Virus record (IMG/VR): IMGVR_UViG_3300009425_000016
Location: 55,185-75,184 of that record
Source: an uncultured virus (IMG/VR IMGVR_UViG_3300009425_000016)
Taxonomy: Duplodnaviria; Heunggongvirae; Uroviricota; Caudoviricetes
Length of the DNA stretch: 20,000 nucleotides
Direction: 5' to 3' (one strand)
Shown here: positions 8,280 to 16,475 of the stretch, piece after piece
Numbering within the stretch: position 1 is the stretch's first letter
Layout: each line of letters starts with the position of its first letter
Notes under the pieces: generated by a model
Databases searched by the model: none
What the model was told of the DNA's origin: nothing
The model's input: the letters and a program-made list of their open reading frames with translations, nothing else
Position numbers and translations under genes: made by a program

Positions 8280-10019
8280 TTATCTCCCACTTTGACCTTT
8301 CATTCTTCCAGATACTGCAAGTGCTTCATCCGTATCTTTGCCTTCCCATGTACCAAAATCAGATGGAACATAATCAGTTCCTGGTAATTTTCTAGATAAT
8401 CCATCTTTCATTACATGTAAGTTTAAAGTATGTTCAACTCTACTCTGCGTTTTTTGAAAAATATGTGATAATCTTGTTACTACAAATTTTCCAGAAGCCA
8501 AAGTCGACTGCCTCATTGTAATATTACCAGTAAGCTCACCTAATTTGGTCGGTAATTGTAAATTTATAACATCACCAACCTCTCTATGTGTATTTCCTGG
8601 AACCGTTATTTGATATATGAAATTATTCAATAATTGATTTTGCATTTTTCTTTTAGCATACCAATTTTCTATGTGTGTTTCTCTTAATCTAGAATCCTGA
8701 GGAGCCCCTTCACTATTAACATCCGTAAATCTCACATAACAACCCTCATTCGTCGATTTTAATGAAACATTCGCTTGAGGTTTTCCTATTACGTCTGATC
8801 CTCTAGATATTACAGGGGCATCAGATAAATGAAATGTATCATCATCAATGACATATGTTTGATGTTGATGTTTAGAATTATTTTCAACAGTATTTCCAAA
8901 ATCATTTGCAGTAGTGGGAGGTAATACTTGAATCAGTGCACCAGTTTCAGTATCCGTTCGAATATTTCCGGCGTCTGAATAACCTTTCTTATAATATAAA
9001 TCATGATAATCATGACGCATTCTTATAATATTATGAGTTATTAATCTATTTCCATACATACCATTTTTTAAATTGGTATCAACAGCTATTGGAGATATTC
9101 TATGATATTCAAGAATCTTGTGGCTTTCAATAGCTACTTCATCATATGCATTTTTATAAGATAATCCCACAGGAGCATAAACATATTGAATTTTTTCATT
9201 TCCTTGCATTAATGTCTCTAAAGATTTAAATTTAAATCCTCCTCTTATTGTATCATAAAAACAATAAAATGCTCCCTTTGAATCTTTTCCTTCTTCAGTA
9301 AGTCCTGCAGCTTGGAATAATCCCGGATCAACTTGACCAGCATTATAGCCCTGACTTATTCCTGCTGCTTCAGCTCTGGATGCTAAAAATGACATTGCCT
9401 GAAAAGGTGTTATATTTGGTATAGTAAAATTGTGCTCAGCCTTTGTGGTTTCAACATCTAGAAGTCTTTCAGGAATCTCCATTGGAACTCCAGCACCAGA
9501 GGTGTGAGGATTGATATAATCTTCATATATATTTTCAACCATATCACTAATTTTCATTCCAGCATAACATTTTTGAACTTTTGTTGCTAGATCAATAACA
9601 TATTCAATACTAGTGAAATTTAAAGTATAGGTAACTAATCTATCATTTTTAGGATCTATATTAAAATTTGTTACTTTTACAACTCTAAAATATCTATCTA
9701 TTTTATCTTCAGGTATATCTGCTCCAACAGATTGAAAGGATATATGAAGAACTTCTTCTCCAATAATAGGTATTCTTTCAAATAACCCAATTGCATCACC
9801 AATATCTATATATCCACTAACATAAGGAGAAAATATATTTTCAGTAATCTCACATCTAGTAAACATGTGTGTAAGATCAACAATACCGCCGGGAAAATTA
9901 TTAGGACTAATTATACTAAAATGGTTAATTTTAACCTGTCCCGCAAACTCAGGGACTGTATGTGCCGTTTGTAAACGGTCACCATTGAGAATAATTGAAT
10001 CATAATTAGAAGATGCCAT
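8280..10019 (-). CDS. Baseplate hub protein (gp27-like / phage late-control D fold)
   Basis: Lies between gp53 and gp5. N-terminal ITENIFSPYVSGYIDIGDAIGLFERIPIIGEE, FYCFYDT...FKFKSLETL and C-terminal ITVPGNTHREVGDVINL...SGKFVVTRLSHIF match hub proteins of T4-like phages. Confidence 0.8.
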   Translation of the reverse strand: MASSNYDSIILNGDRLQTAHTVPEFAGQVKINHFSIISPNNFPGGIVDLTHMFTRCEITENIFSPYVSGYIDIGDAIGLFERIPIIGEEVLHISFQSVGADIPEDKIDRYFRVVKVTNFNIDPKNDRLVTYTLNFTSIEYVIDLATKVQKCYAGMKISDMVENIYEDYINPHTSGAGVPMEIPERLLDVETTKAEHNFTIPNITPFQAMSFLASRAEAAGISQGYNAGQVDPGLFQAAGLTEEGKDSKGAFYCFYDTIRGGFKFKSLETLMQGNEKIQYVYAPVGLSYKNAYDEVAIESHKILEYHRISPIAVDTNLKNGMYGNRLITHNIIRMRHDYHDLYYKKGYSDAGNIRTDTETGALIQVLPPTTANDFGNTVENNSKHQHQTYVIDDDTFHLSDAPVISRGSDVIGKPQANVSLKSTNEGCYVRFTDVNSEGAPQDSRLRETHIENWYAKRKMQNQLLNNFIYQITVPGNTHREVGDVINLQLPTKLGELTGNITMRQSTLASGKFVVTRLSHIFQKTQSRVEHTLNLHVMKDGLSRKLPGTDYVPSDFGTWEGKDTDEALAVSGRMKGQSGR

Positions 10020-10028
10020 TTATATACC

Positions 10029-10637
10029 TTAACTAAACATATTTCTTGCTGTTTCCAAAATCTGCTCGGCCCAAGCATTATCTATCAAAGCAATTGTCTT
10101 TTTACTATCATTGCGTAAAATCTCATATTCATAATCAGACACAGTTCTTTCCATTCCATCACCCTGTGCGGCAACAATTTCATAACGAGTTGCATCTACT
10201 TCATAAAAACTCTCTTCTATTCTTTCTTGTCCCGCACTTGCTGGAACTAATTTTTGTAGTATTTCTTCATAATGATGAACTCCACTATGGGCAGCATCGA
10301 AGCTTCCATATTTACATACTATATGTTTTCTTAATTCGTCTTGAGATAATGGCCAATCAAAGATAGGATCAAGAATATTATTTGCTAAGAATATAAGCCA
10401 AACATATTCAAATCCACCATAATATCGAAGAGATAATGTATCAGCCCGCTCTCCTTCAGGAATATCATAAAGCTGTTTAGTATATACAGCTGATTTTATA
10501 GAAGATTTTAATCTATGTCTTAATGATATATCAGTTACCAATTTTTGATGAATTATATCTATTTTTTTTCCAGCATGATTTGTGCCGGTATCAAATCTGT
10601 AATATAATGCTGGCATATTTTTAAAATATTCTGACAT
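10029..10637 (-). CDS. gp53: Baseplate wedge subunit gp53
   Basis: MSEYFKNMPALYY start, LysM-like YDIPEGERADTLSLRYYG, WLIFLANNILDPIFDWPLS, HHYE motif. Confidence 0.95.
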   Translation of the reverse strand: MSEYFKNMPALYYRFDTGTNHAGKKIDIIHQKLVTDISLRHRLKSSIKSAVYTKQLYDIPEGERADTLSLRYYGGFEYVWLIFLANNILDPIFDWPLSQDELRKHIVCKYGSFDAAHSGVHHYEEILQKLVPASAGQERIEESFYEVDATRYEIVAAQGDGMERTVSDYEYEILRNDSKKTIALIDNAWAEQILETARNMFS

Positions 10638-10639
10638 TA

Positions 10640-11860
10640 TTAATAACCCCCCTCACCTTTTTCAAAACTATGATATTCGCCCGCATCATGACCATCACCT
10701 CCACCCCACATGAATTTCGTACCAGGCGCGATAGAGCGAGCTCGTTTATACGCCGCTGTCCATCCACCTTGGCCGGCGCCATTAGGTGAGGATACGGGTG
10801 CGGGATTGTCTGGTGTGGGGGCCTTTTCTACTGAAGAGACTTTATCAGAAGTAGAGTTGTCCTGCAGACCTTGATTCTCTAAAATAAATTCTGTTTCTTG
10901 AAACACTAATGATAATTTTGTATGTACTGGAAGTGGATCTCCAGCTGGATTATCATAAAATGCCGGGCCCTGAGCTGACGCATCAAAATTTATATCCATA
11001 GCTGATAATACAGACCTTCTTATTCCCATTTGATCAAATCTTTTAGGTCCAGTTGAAGTACCAATATAAAAATCAATAAAAAATTCGTGTGGAAAATCAA
11101 AATATATACTTTTCATTCCCAAAAAATCGCCCATTTTTGGTAACATTCTTCTTTTAAAGGTTTGAACGATATTTCTTACCGCAACAGCTTCTGCATAACT
11201 TCTTGGCCAAAAATCAAATGTCATATCATGTGTTCTAAATGCTCCAGGACCTTGATATATCATAGCAATGTGTGGATTTATCCCTATTCCCTCCATAGCT
11301 GTAATTGGTTGTAAAGCTCCACCAAAATTTGCTATCGCTAATGCTCCCACACTCTGACCGAACTTCATAGTTTCATCATCTAACCCTTGTATTCCAGCAA
11401 ATAATGCATCCTTCATAGAGTCAACATCCCCCGTAGCCATTGCATCCTTTATATTATTCATTCCTATTCCCGCCAAAACACCAACTATTGCGGCGACACC
11501 TTTATACCTTTTTGCTAATGTAGACGCAATAGCACCACCTGTCATACCAGCTGCCATAGTATGTCCGGAAGCTTCATAAATTGCACCACCTGTTAGGGGT
11601 GTAAAATTTCCTGTAAATTTAGTTTTCATTGATCCAGGTGGGATATGTAATGCTATGTCTGACGTTTCGTCCCCGCCGCCAGACCGACCGCGTTTTGCAG
11701 GTCCTCCCGGCTTCGCATGAAATAATACAAAATTTTGAGTATCTGTATGAACTTCTCCCAAAGTTAATGGATATTTTAATACTGAATATCGATTTGCGGG
11801 GCCTCCTCCGCCTGATGCAACATTTCCAGCGGTGTTATTCATCAAATTTGGATCTGACAT
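10640..11860 (-). CDS. gp48: Baseplate tail-tube cap gp48-like
   Basis: LKYPL start, IALHIP, INPHIAMIYQGPGAFRTHDMTFDFWPRSYAEAVAVRNIVQTFK...P, P-x-H-T-x-L-x-L-x-FQETE; adjacent to gp53. Confidence 0.88.
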   Translation of the reverse strand: MSDPNLMNNTAGNVASGGGGPANRYSVLKYPLTLGEVHTDTQNFVLFHAKPGGPAKRGRSGGGDETSDIALHIPPGSMKTKFTGNFTPLTGGAIYEASGHTMAAGMTGGAIASTLAKRYKGVAAIVGVLAGIGMNNIKDAMATGDVDSMKDALFAGIQGLDDETMKFGQSVGALAIANFGGALQPITAMEGIGINPHIAMIYQGPGAFRTHDMTFDFWPRSYAEAVAVRNIVQTFKRRMLPKMGDFLGMKSIYFDFPHEFFIDFYIGTSTGPKRFDQMGIRRSVLSAMDINFDASAQGPAFYDNPAGDPLPVHTKLSLVFQETEFILENQGLQDNSTSDKVSSVEKAPTPDNPAPVSSPNGAGQGGWTAAYKRARSIAPGTKFMWGGGDGHDAGEYHSFEKGEGGY

Positions 11861-11873
11861 TTTGCTTTTCTTT

Positions 11874-11886
11874 CTAAATATAAATG
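11874..11886 (+). promoter_or_regulatory. Candidate late promoter for the gp4-gp2-gp54-gp26 block (CTAAATA / TATAAATG)
   Basis: Overlapping near-consensus late -10 boxes 30-40 nt upstream of the gp4 ATG in the divergent intergenic region. Confidence 0.55.
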
Positions 11887-11908
11887 TATCTTAAAAACTA
11901 TTCATTTC

Positions 11909-11916
11909 TATTTATA
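11909..11916 (-). promoter_or_regulatory. T4-type late promoter TATAAATA for the leftward baseplate operon
   Basis: Plus-strand tatttata at 11909-11916 is a perfect TATAAATA on the minus strand, about 50 nt upstream of the gp48 ATG. The phage encodes gp33. Confidence 0.8.
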
Positions 11917-12371
11917 TGGCATACAAAGGAAAATACAAACCAAAGAATCCTAATAAATATAAGGGTAATCCCACAAAGATTATTTATAGGTCTGGTTGGG
12001 AAAGAAAAGTGATGGAAAAATTGGATTTAAGTTCTCAAGTGGAACAATGGGCGTCTGAAGAAGTCATTATTCCGTATAGATCACCAATTGATAGAAAAAT
12101 TCACCGATATTTTCCGGATTTTTGGGTCAAATTTGCGAATAAAAAGGTCGTGATTATTGAAGTCAAGCCTAACAAAGAGACAAAACCGCCTAAAATGAAG
12201 GAAAAATCGAGAAAATTCATCAGGGAAGCCAAAAAATGGGGCGTAAATAAGGCGAAATGGAAAGCCGCGGATGAATTTTGTAAAAATAGAGGATGGCATT
12301 TCATAATTCAAGATGAATTTGACTTAGGAATCAGAAAAAAAAGGAAAAATGGCGGAAACACCGAAAAATAG
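11916..12371 (+). CDS. gp4: Head completion protein gp4 (TnsA-like endonuclease fold)
   Basis: MAYKGKYKPKNPNKYKGNPTKIIYRSGWE, WASEEVIIPYRSPIDRKIHRYFPDF, IEVKP, NKAKWKAA. Confidence 0.97.
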   Translation: MAYKGKYKPKNPNKYKGNPTKIIYRSGWERKVMEKLDLSSQVEQWASEEVIIPYRSPIDRKIHRYFPDFWVKFANKKVVIIEVKPNKETKPPKMKEKSRKFIREAKKWGVNKAKWKAADEFCKNRGWHFIIQDEFDLGIRKKRKNGGNTEK

Positions 12372-12945
12372 CGGAAATTTAATAGATATATTACAAGATG
12401 TGGTAAAAAGAAAACAAATTCCACAAGAAAATATAAAATCTGCTCAATGGTTACAAAATAAAATTAGAAATTTTAGAAGAAATTTAAATGTTAAATTAGA
12501 TGACTCTAGTATGTCTGCTGATGAATTTATGAAAGGGTCTAATTTGGTACAAAAAAGAAGAATGACCAAAGCTAGATTAACATTATTCTCATATAAAGCA
12601 AAACATGAAAAAACATTACCATATTATGACAGATTTCCCCTATCAATGATCATAAGTAAAGAAGTTGATGGATTTATAGGATTAAATTTTCATTATTTGC
12701 CGTATCAACATAGAGCAAGACTATTAGATGCCGTCGCATTTGGAAATGTGATTAATTGGAATACATTAAAAAGAAATAAAGTGACTCGACCATGCATTAA
12801 AAAATATTTAACAAGTCATGTTCAAGGAGCAAATGGTATGGTAATAGAAGGAATTGAACAATTAAAATTTGCAATATTTTTACCAATAGAACGTTTTAAT
12901 ACCAGAAAAGAAAAGGTCTGGGAAGATTCAAAAAGGATAATATAA
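12349..12945 (+). CDS. gp2: DNA end protector protein gp2
   Basis: FSYKAKHEKTLPYYDRFPL, GFIGLNFHYLP, PCIKKYLTSHV, FLPIERF, VWEDS; follows gp4. Confidence 0.95.
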   Translation: MAETPKNSGNLIDILQDVVKRKQIPQENIKSAQWLQNKIRNFRRNLNVKLDDSSMSADEFMKGSNLVQKRRMTKARLTLFSYKAKHEKTLPYYDRFPLSMIISKEVDGFIGLNFHYLPYQHRARLLDAVAFGNVINWNTLKRNKVTRPCIKKYLTSHVQGANGMVIEGIEQLKFAIFLPIERFNTRKEKVWEDSKRII

Positions 12946-13565
12946 TGCCAGCAGGATTTAAACAATCAGAACATTTTATCGCAGCGATAAACAAACATAA
13001 AGGGCCCGCAAAGGCAAACAAATATCTACTTACAGGTCCATATGGTGTTGCTCCGAATGGAATTGCAAAAAAGCTTGGATATGATATACGAGATTTTAAA
13101 TTTATGTGTGATGCTACAAGTTTACCAGGAAGAAATTTGGCGACACAGGAAGTTAGAACAGGTAGTATATCTAGATCATATGTCCACTCTAATAATTTTA
13201 ATCCAACATTGACTTTATCTTTCATACTAACAGATGATATGTTTATTAAAAAAGTTTTTGATATGTGGATGGATGACATCTTTGCTCTCACTGGTGCGAA
13301 TGTAGAAGGTAAAATGATGCAAAACGTATTGCAATATCCAGAACAGTATTGTGGAAGTTTTGGTATAAAAAAACTTGCAACAAATTTATCTAGTAACGTG
13401 GAAAATCCCGCAGTAACAACTATAGATGATTATCATGTAGAAATAATGGAAGCTTTTCCCAAACAAATTAATCCTATCACATTAACTTACGGTTCTCAGG
13501 ACATAATGAAATTACAGGTCGTGATGGCTTATTCCCGGTGGAGAATGATGCGTGGGCAGGTTTGA
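12945..13565 (+). CDS. Tail-tube-fold baseplate protein (gp54 / gp19-like tube initiator)
   Basis: GPAKANKY, MCDATSLPGRNL, LTLSFILTDDMFIKKVFDMWMD, EAFPKQINPITL, KLQVVMAYSRW; lies between gp2 and gp26. Confidence 0.82.
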   Translation: MPAGFKQSEHFIAAINKHKGPAKANKYLLTGPYGVAPNGIAKKLGYDIRDFKFMCDATSLPGRNLATQEVRTGSISRSYVHSNNFNPTLTLSFILTDDMFIKKVFDMWMDDIFALTGANVEGKMMQNVLQYPEQYCGSFGIKKLATNLSSNVENPAVTTIDDYHVEIMEAFPKQINPITLTYGSQDIMKLQVVMAYSRWRMMRGQV

Positions 13566-13600
13566 TACATAAAATAATAATTATATAATTAGGAGATATT

Positions 13601-14329
13601 ATGAGTTTACCCAAGATTGATATTGCAACATTTAGCACTACTCAACCTTCTTCAAAAAATAAAAAACTTACATTTAGACCATTTTTAGTAAAAGAAGAAA
13701 AAATACTAATGATGGCAATGCAAGGGGAAAATTTAGAAGAACAAGTGGTTGCAATTAAACAAATTATAAACAATTGTTCACAACAAGAATTTAATGTTGA
13801 TACAGTTCCTTTATTCGATTTAGAATGGATATTTTTACAATTAAGAATACATTCTGTTGGAGATCAATTAAATTTAAAATTTAAACACAGAGACGGAAAA
13901 AATAAAAATGATGAAGAATGTGATCATGTATCAAATGTAAACGTGGATCTAAAAGAAGTTGAAATGGTATATGATGAATCACATAATAAGGAAATTAAAA
14001 TAAATGATAAGATTACCATATTTCTAAAATATCCAAATATAGAAACTGCAAATAAAATCAAAGATACTGAAGATGTTGAAGGTATTTTAGCCTTTCTATC
14101 CTCAGGAATAGAGTTTATTAAAGATGAAGAAACTTTACATGAAACAAAAGATTTTACACAAGAAGAAGTAATAGAATTTTTTGAACAATTTAATCAACAA
14201 CAAATGCTTAAAATTCAAAACTTTTATCGAACTCAACCTGCAATACAACATGACATAAATTATACTTGTGAAAAATGTGGTGGAGAAGAAACTGTAAGTC
14301 TCAGGGGTTTGCAGGATTTTTTAGAATAA
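13601..14329 (+). CDS. gp26: Baseplate hub assembly chaperone (annotated gp26 in marine T4-like phages)
   Basis: MSLPKI, FRPFLVKEEKILMMA, FDLEWIFLQLRIHSVG, LKYP, CEKCG, and the C-terminal GLQDF motif; AGGAG RBS. Confidence 0.93.
   Translation: MSLPKIDIATFSTTQPSSKNKKLTFRPFLVKEEKILMMAMQGENLEEQVVAIKQIINNCSQQEFNVDTVPLFDLEWIFLQLRIHSVGDQLNLKFKHRDGKNKNDEECDHVSNVNVDLKEVEMVYDESHNKEIKINDKITIFLKYPNIETANKIKDTEDVEGILAFLSSGIEFIKDEETLHETKDFTQEEVIEFFEQFNQQQMLKIQNFYRTQPAIQHDINYTCEKCGGEETVSLRGLQDFLE
14317..14323 (+). other. Candidate programmed -1 ribosomal frameshift site (T TTT TTA)
   Basis: gp26 codons GAT TTT TTA GAA TAA give an in-frame X_XXY_YYZ heptamer. The -1 frame is the open gp51 frame. Confidence 0.65.
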
Positions 14330-14517
14330 CACTTTCTCATGATTCTTTAGAGTCTCATTATTTGACTAATTTCGCATTAGTACAACATCATAAATACTCT
14401 TTAACTGAGTTAAATGAGATGATTCCTTGGGAAAGACAAATTTATATTGAATTATTAAAAAATTGGATACAAGAACAAGAAACTGAAGCTAAACAAAGAG
14501 AAGCAGAAAGACGTTAA
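14323..14517 (+). CDS. gp51: gp51-like baseplate assembly catalyst domain, probably expressed as the C-terminal part of a gp26 frameshift fusion
   Basis: SHDSLESHYLTNFALVQHHKYSLTELNEMIPWERQIYIELL is the conserved gp51-like motif. The ORF-track start (14275, MWWRRNCK) lies inside gp26 and looks like an off-frame extension. No ATG/GTG/TTG occurs between it and the start of the conserved domain. Confidence 0.85.
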   Translation, partial: RITLSHDSLESHYLTNFALVQHHKYSLTELNEMIPWERQIYIELLKNWIQEQETEAKQREAERR

Positions 14518-16436
14518 TGGCACAAGCACCGAAACCATCTGGAGGAAGAAAACCAGGACAATTTGGTACAACAGAACTTAGACTAGGACGAGCAACTGGA
14601 ATCGGAGAATTTTTTGATGTTTTAGAAGATGCGACCGCTAAAAGAATGGAAAGAATGTTAAGGGGATATGGTCACGCCATTGTATCTTCTGCTCTTTCTC
14701 CATTACCAACATTTGCACAAGCTAGTATATATGATGCCATTACTGATCCTTTTGGGGGAGGAAGAGATACAGCACAAGAACCAACTAGAATTGCTGAAAG
14801 GGGACCTAATTTAGATAAATTATATAATGTACCTTTACCTGTTATAACACAAGAAGGAGAAGAACACGGAACAGCACAAAAAGTAGCAACTGCGATTGGT
14901 ATAGGTGGTACAAGAGTTCCATTATGGCAAAGTAATTTAGAAAAATTATTTAAAGTTCCTCTACTTATTACAGAGAAAAAAGATACATTAAAACTAATAG
15001 AAACAGAGAGAGAAGAAGGACCAGAAAAAGTAGATGATGATGACAAATCCAAATTCAGCATGAAAGATTTTTTTGGTGGTCTTTTTGGAGGCATTGTTGA
15101 TATTGGTGCATGGATTTTAAAGGGCCTGGGAACTGTAGCAATAGCTGCTTTAAAATTTGCGGGGGGTATTGGTATTATGGGTCTGGTGGCCAGTTTACTC
15201 TTTAATAAAGAAATTGTAGATCTATTTGTATTAGAATGGGGTAAAGAATCGAAAAAAATGGGAGCAAATACTGAATGGGGCGCAATGATATCTAGACTTC
15301 TTGGTGGTGGGACAGAAAATGGCGCTTCCTTCTTAGAGGCGGCGAAAAAAGGTTTGGCGGGAGGAGCAATTGGAGCTGTAGGAGGACTTGTGTTTGGGGG
15401 CTTGCCTGGTGCCCTAGTTGGATTTATTTTGGGAAGTGCTTTTATGGGTCTTGGTGCAGCTTTAGGAGAAGCGAAGATCACAATGGGTACAAATTTTCTC
15501 GCAACTTGGTTGGAAAAGACTTGGGAAGCCGCGCGGATGGAATGGGAAGATGAGAAACAAGTTCAATTAAATACTGAATTAAAGGAATTAAGAGATAGAA
15601 TAAAATCTGGAAAAGAAACCGAAGGAAGTCTAATATTAATTCAAATGCAGATCAAAGCGAAAGAGAAAGAGCTTCTTGAATCAAGAATGGAACATGCAAA
15701 ACAATGGCAAGAAATGGTTGATGATGAATATAGGAACAAGGGTGAAGGAATTAAAATACAGAAAGAAGCTCAAAACAGGTTAAGGGAATTTAATACTGAA
15801 TTATTTGAAACACATGAAGAAATAGAAAAGCTCACAAAAGCAAGAACAATAGATGATAAGGGAACGTTTTTGGGGATTCCTGGGGTAGATACTAATAGAG
15901 AAAACCTCATGCAAGATTTACGTAGTAATTTAATAGATAATTTTAACCCTGGAGATGTAGCTGGAAGACAAGCATTAGATTTACTGGAAAAATATGGTAT
16001 CATTGATGATGGAATGAATATTGTTGATCCAAGACTGTTAACTGACCATGTTTACCGTAAAGATGTGTTCGAAGCATTAAATAATGTAATTCAAGAAAGT
16101 ATCAATAAAGATGAAGAATGGCGGACAGGGAGTGGAGCAGGAGCCAAAGCATTTAGAGAATCTATGAAAAATCTAAGAGGAGTTCAATCAGATGTGCTAA
16201 TTAATGATGCTGCAAATACAAATCGATCAGAAAAACTTGTAAGTACAATTGACCTTGAAAAAACACTGAGCAAGAATTTATGGACGGGGGAAAATGGGCC
16301 TGCTGGAGGAAGTGGTGTAGTTTCTATTGGCCCAACTGTGGATAACTCTTCACATCAGACAGATAACACTTCTATTCAGAACTTTATCAGTCACACATCA
16401 AATTTCGCTACTGACAGATGGTCACCAGCTGTATAA
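14517..16436 (+). CDS. Probable tape measure protein (gp29-like), 639 aa
   Basis: Directly after gp26/gp51 (TAATG overlap). Gly/Ala-rich hydrophobic segments (GLAGGAIGAVGGLVFGGLPGALVGFILG), coiled-coil segment and an N/S/T-rich C-terminus (PTVDNSSHQTDNTS). Confidence 0.7.
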   Translation: MAQAPKPSGGRKPGQFGTTELRLGRATGIGEFFDVLEDATAKRMERMLRGYGHAIVSSALSPLPTFAQASIYDAITDPFGGGRDTAQEPTRIAERGPNLDKLYNVPLPVITQEGEEHGTAQKVATAIGIGGTRVPLWQSNLEKLFKVPLLITEKKDTLKLIETEREEGPEKVDDDDKSKFSMKDFFGGLFGGIVDIGAWILKGLGTVAIAALKFAGGIGIMGLVASLLFNKEIVDLFVLEWGKESKKMGANTEWGAMISRLLGGGTENGASFLEAAKKGLAGGAIGAVGGLVFGGLPGALVGFILGSAFMGLGAALGEAKITMGTNFLATWLEKTWEAARMEWEDEKQVQLNTELKELRDRIKSGKETEGSLILIQMQIKAKEKELLESRMEHAKQWQEMVDDEYRNKGEGIKIQKEAQNRLREFNTELFETHEEIEKLTKARTIDDKGTFLGIPGVDTNRENLMQDLRSNLIDNFNPGDVAGRQALDLLEKYGIIDDGMNIVDPRLLTDHVYRKDVFEALNNVIQESINKDEEWRTGSGAGAKAFRESMKNLRGVQSDVLINDAANTNRSEKLVSTIDLEKTLSKNLWTGENGPAGGSGVVSIGPTVDNSSHQTDNTSIQNFISHTSNFATDRWSPAV

Positions 16437-16439
16437 GAG

Positions 16440-16469
16440 TTAACTAACGGACTTTCGCCCGCTAGTTAA
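16440..16469 (-). terminator. Stem-loop between the convergent tape measure and gp32 genes (probable terminator)
   Basis: Minus strand TTAACTAGCGGGC-GAAA-GTCCGTTAGTTAA: 13-bp stem with two G-U pairs and a GNRA loop. Confidence 0.75.
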
Positions 16470-16475
16470 TATAAA

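Noticed and set aside
12333..12349. A-run near the end of gp4 as a possible frameshift into gp2
   Set aside because: gp2 is in the +1 frame, not -1, and has its own ATG with an AGGA RBS.
10046..13291. ORFs 10046-10366, 11629-11877, 12081-12311, 12101-12304 and 12896-13291
   Set aside because: Antisense to gp53, gp48, gp4, gp2 and gp54-like genes.
14275..14322. ORF-track N-terminus MWWRRNCKSQGFAGFF for gp51
   Set aside because: Overlaps the conserved CEKCG...GLQDF end of gp26, has no clear RBS and does not resemble gp51; better explained as the open -1 frame.
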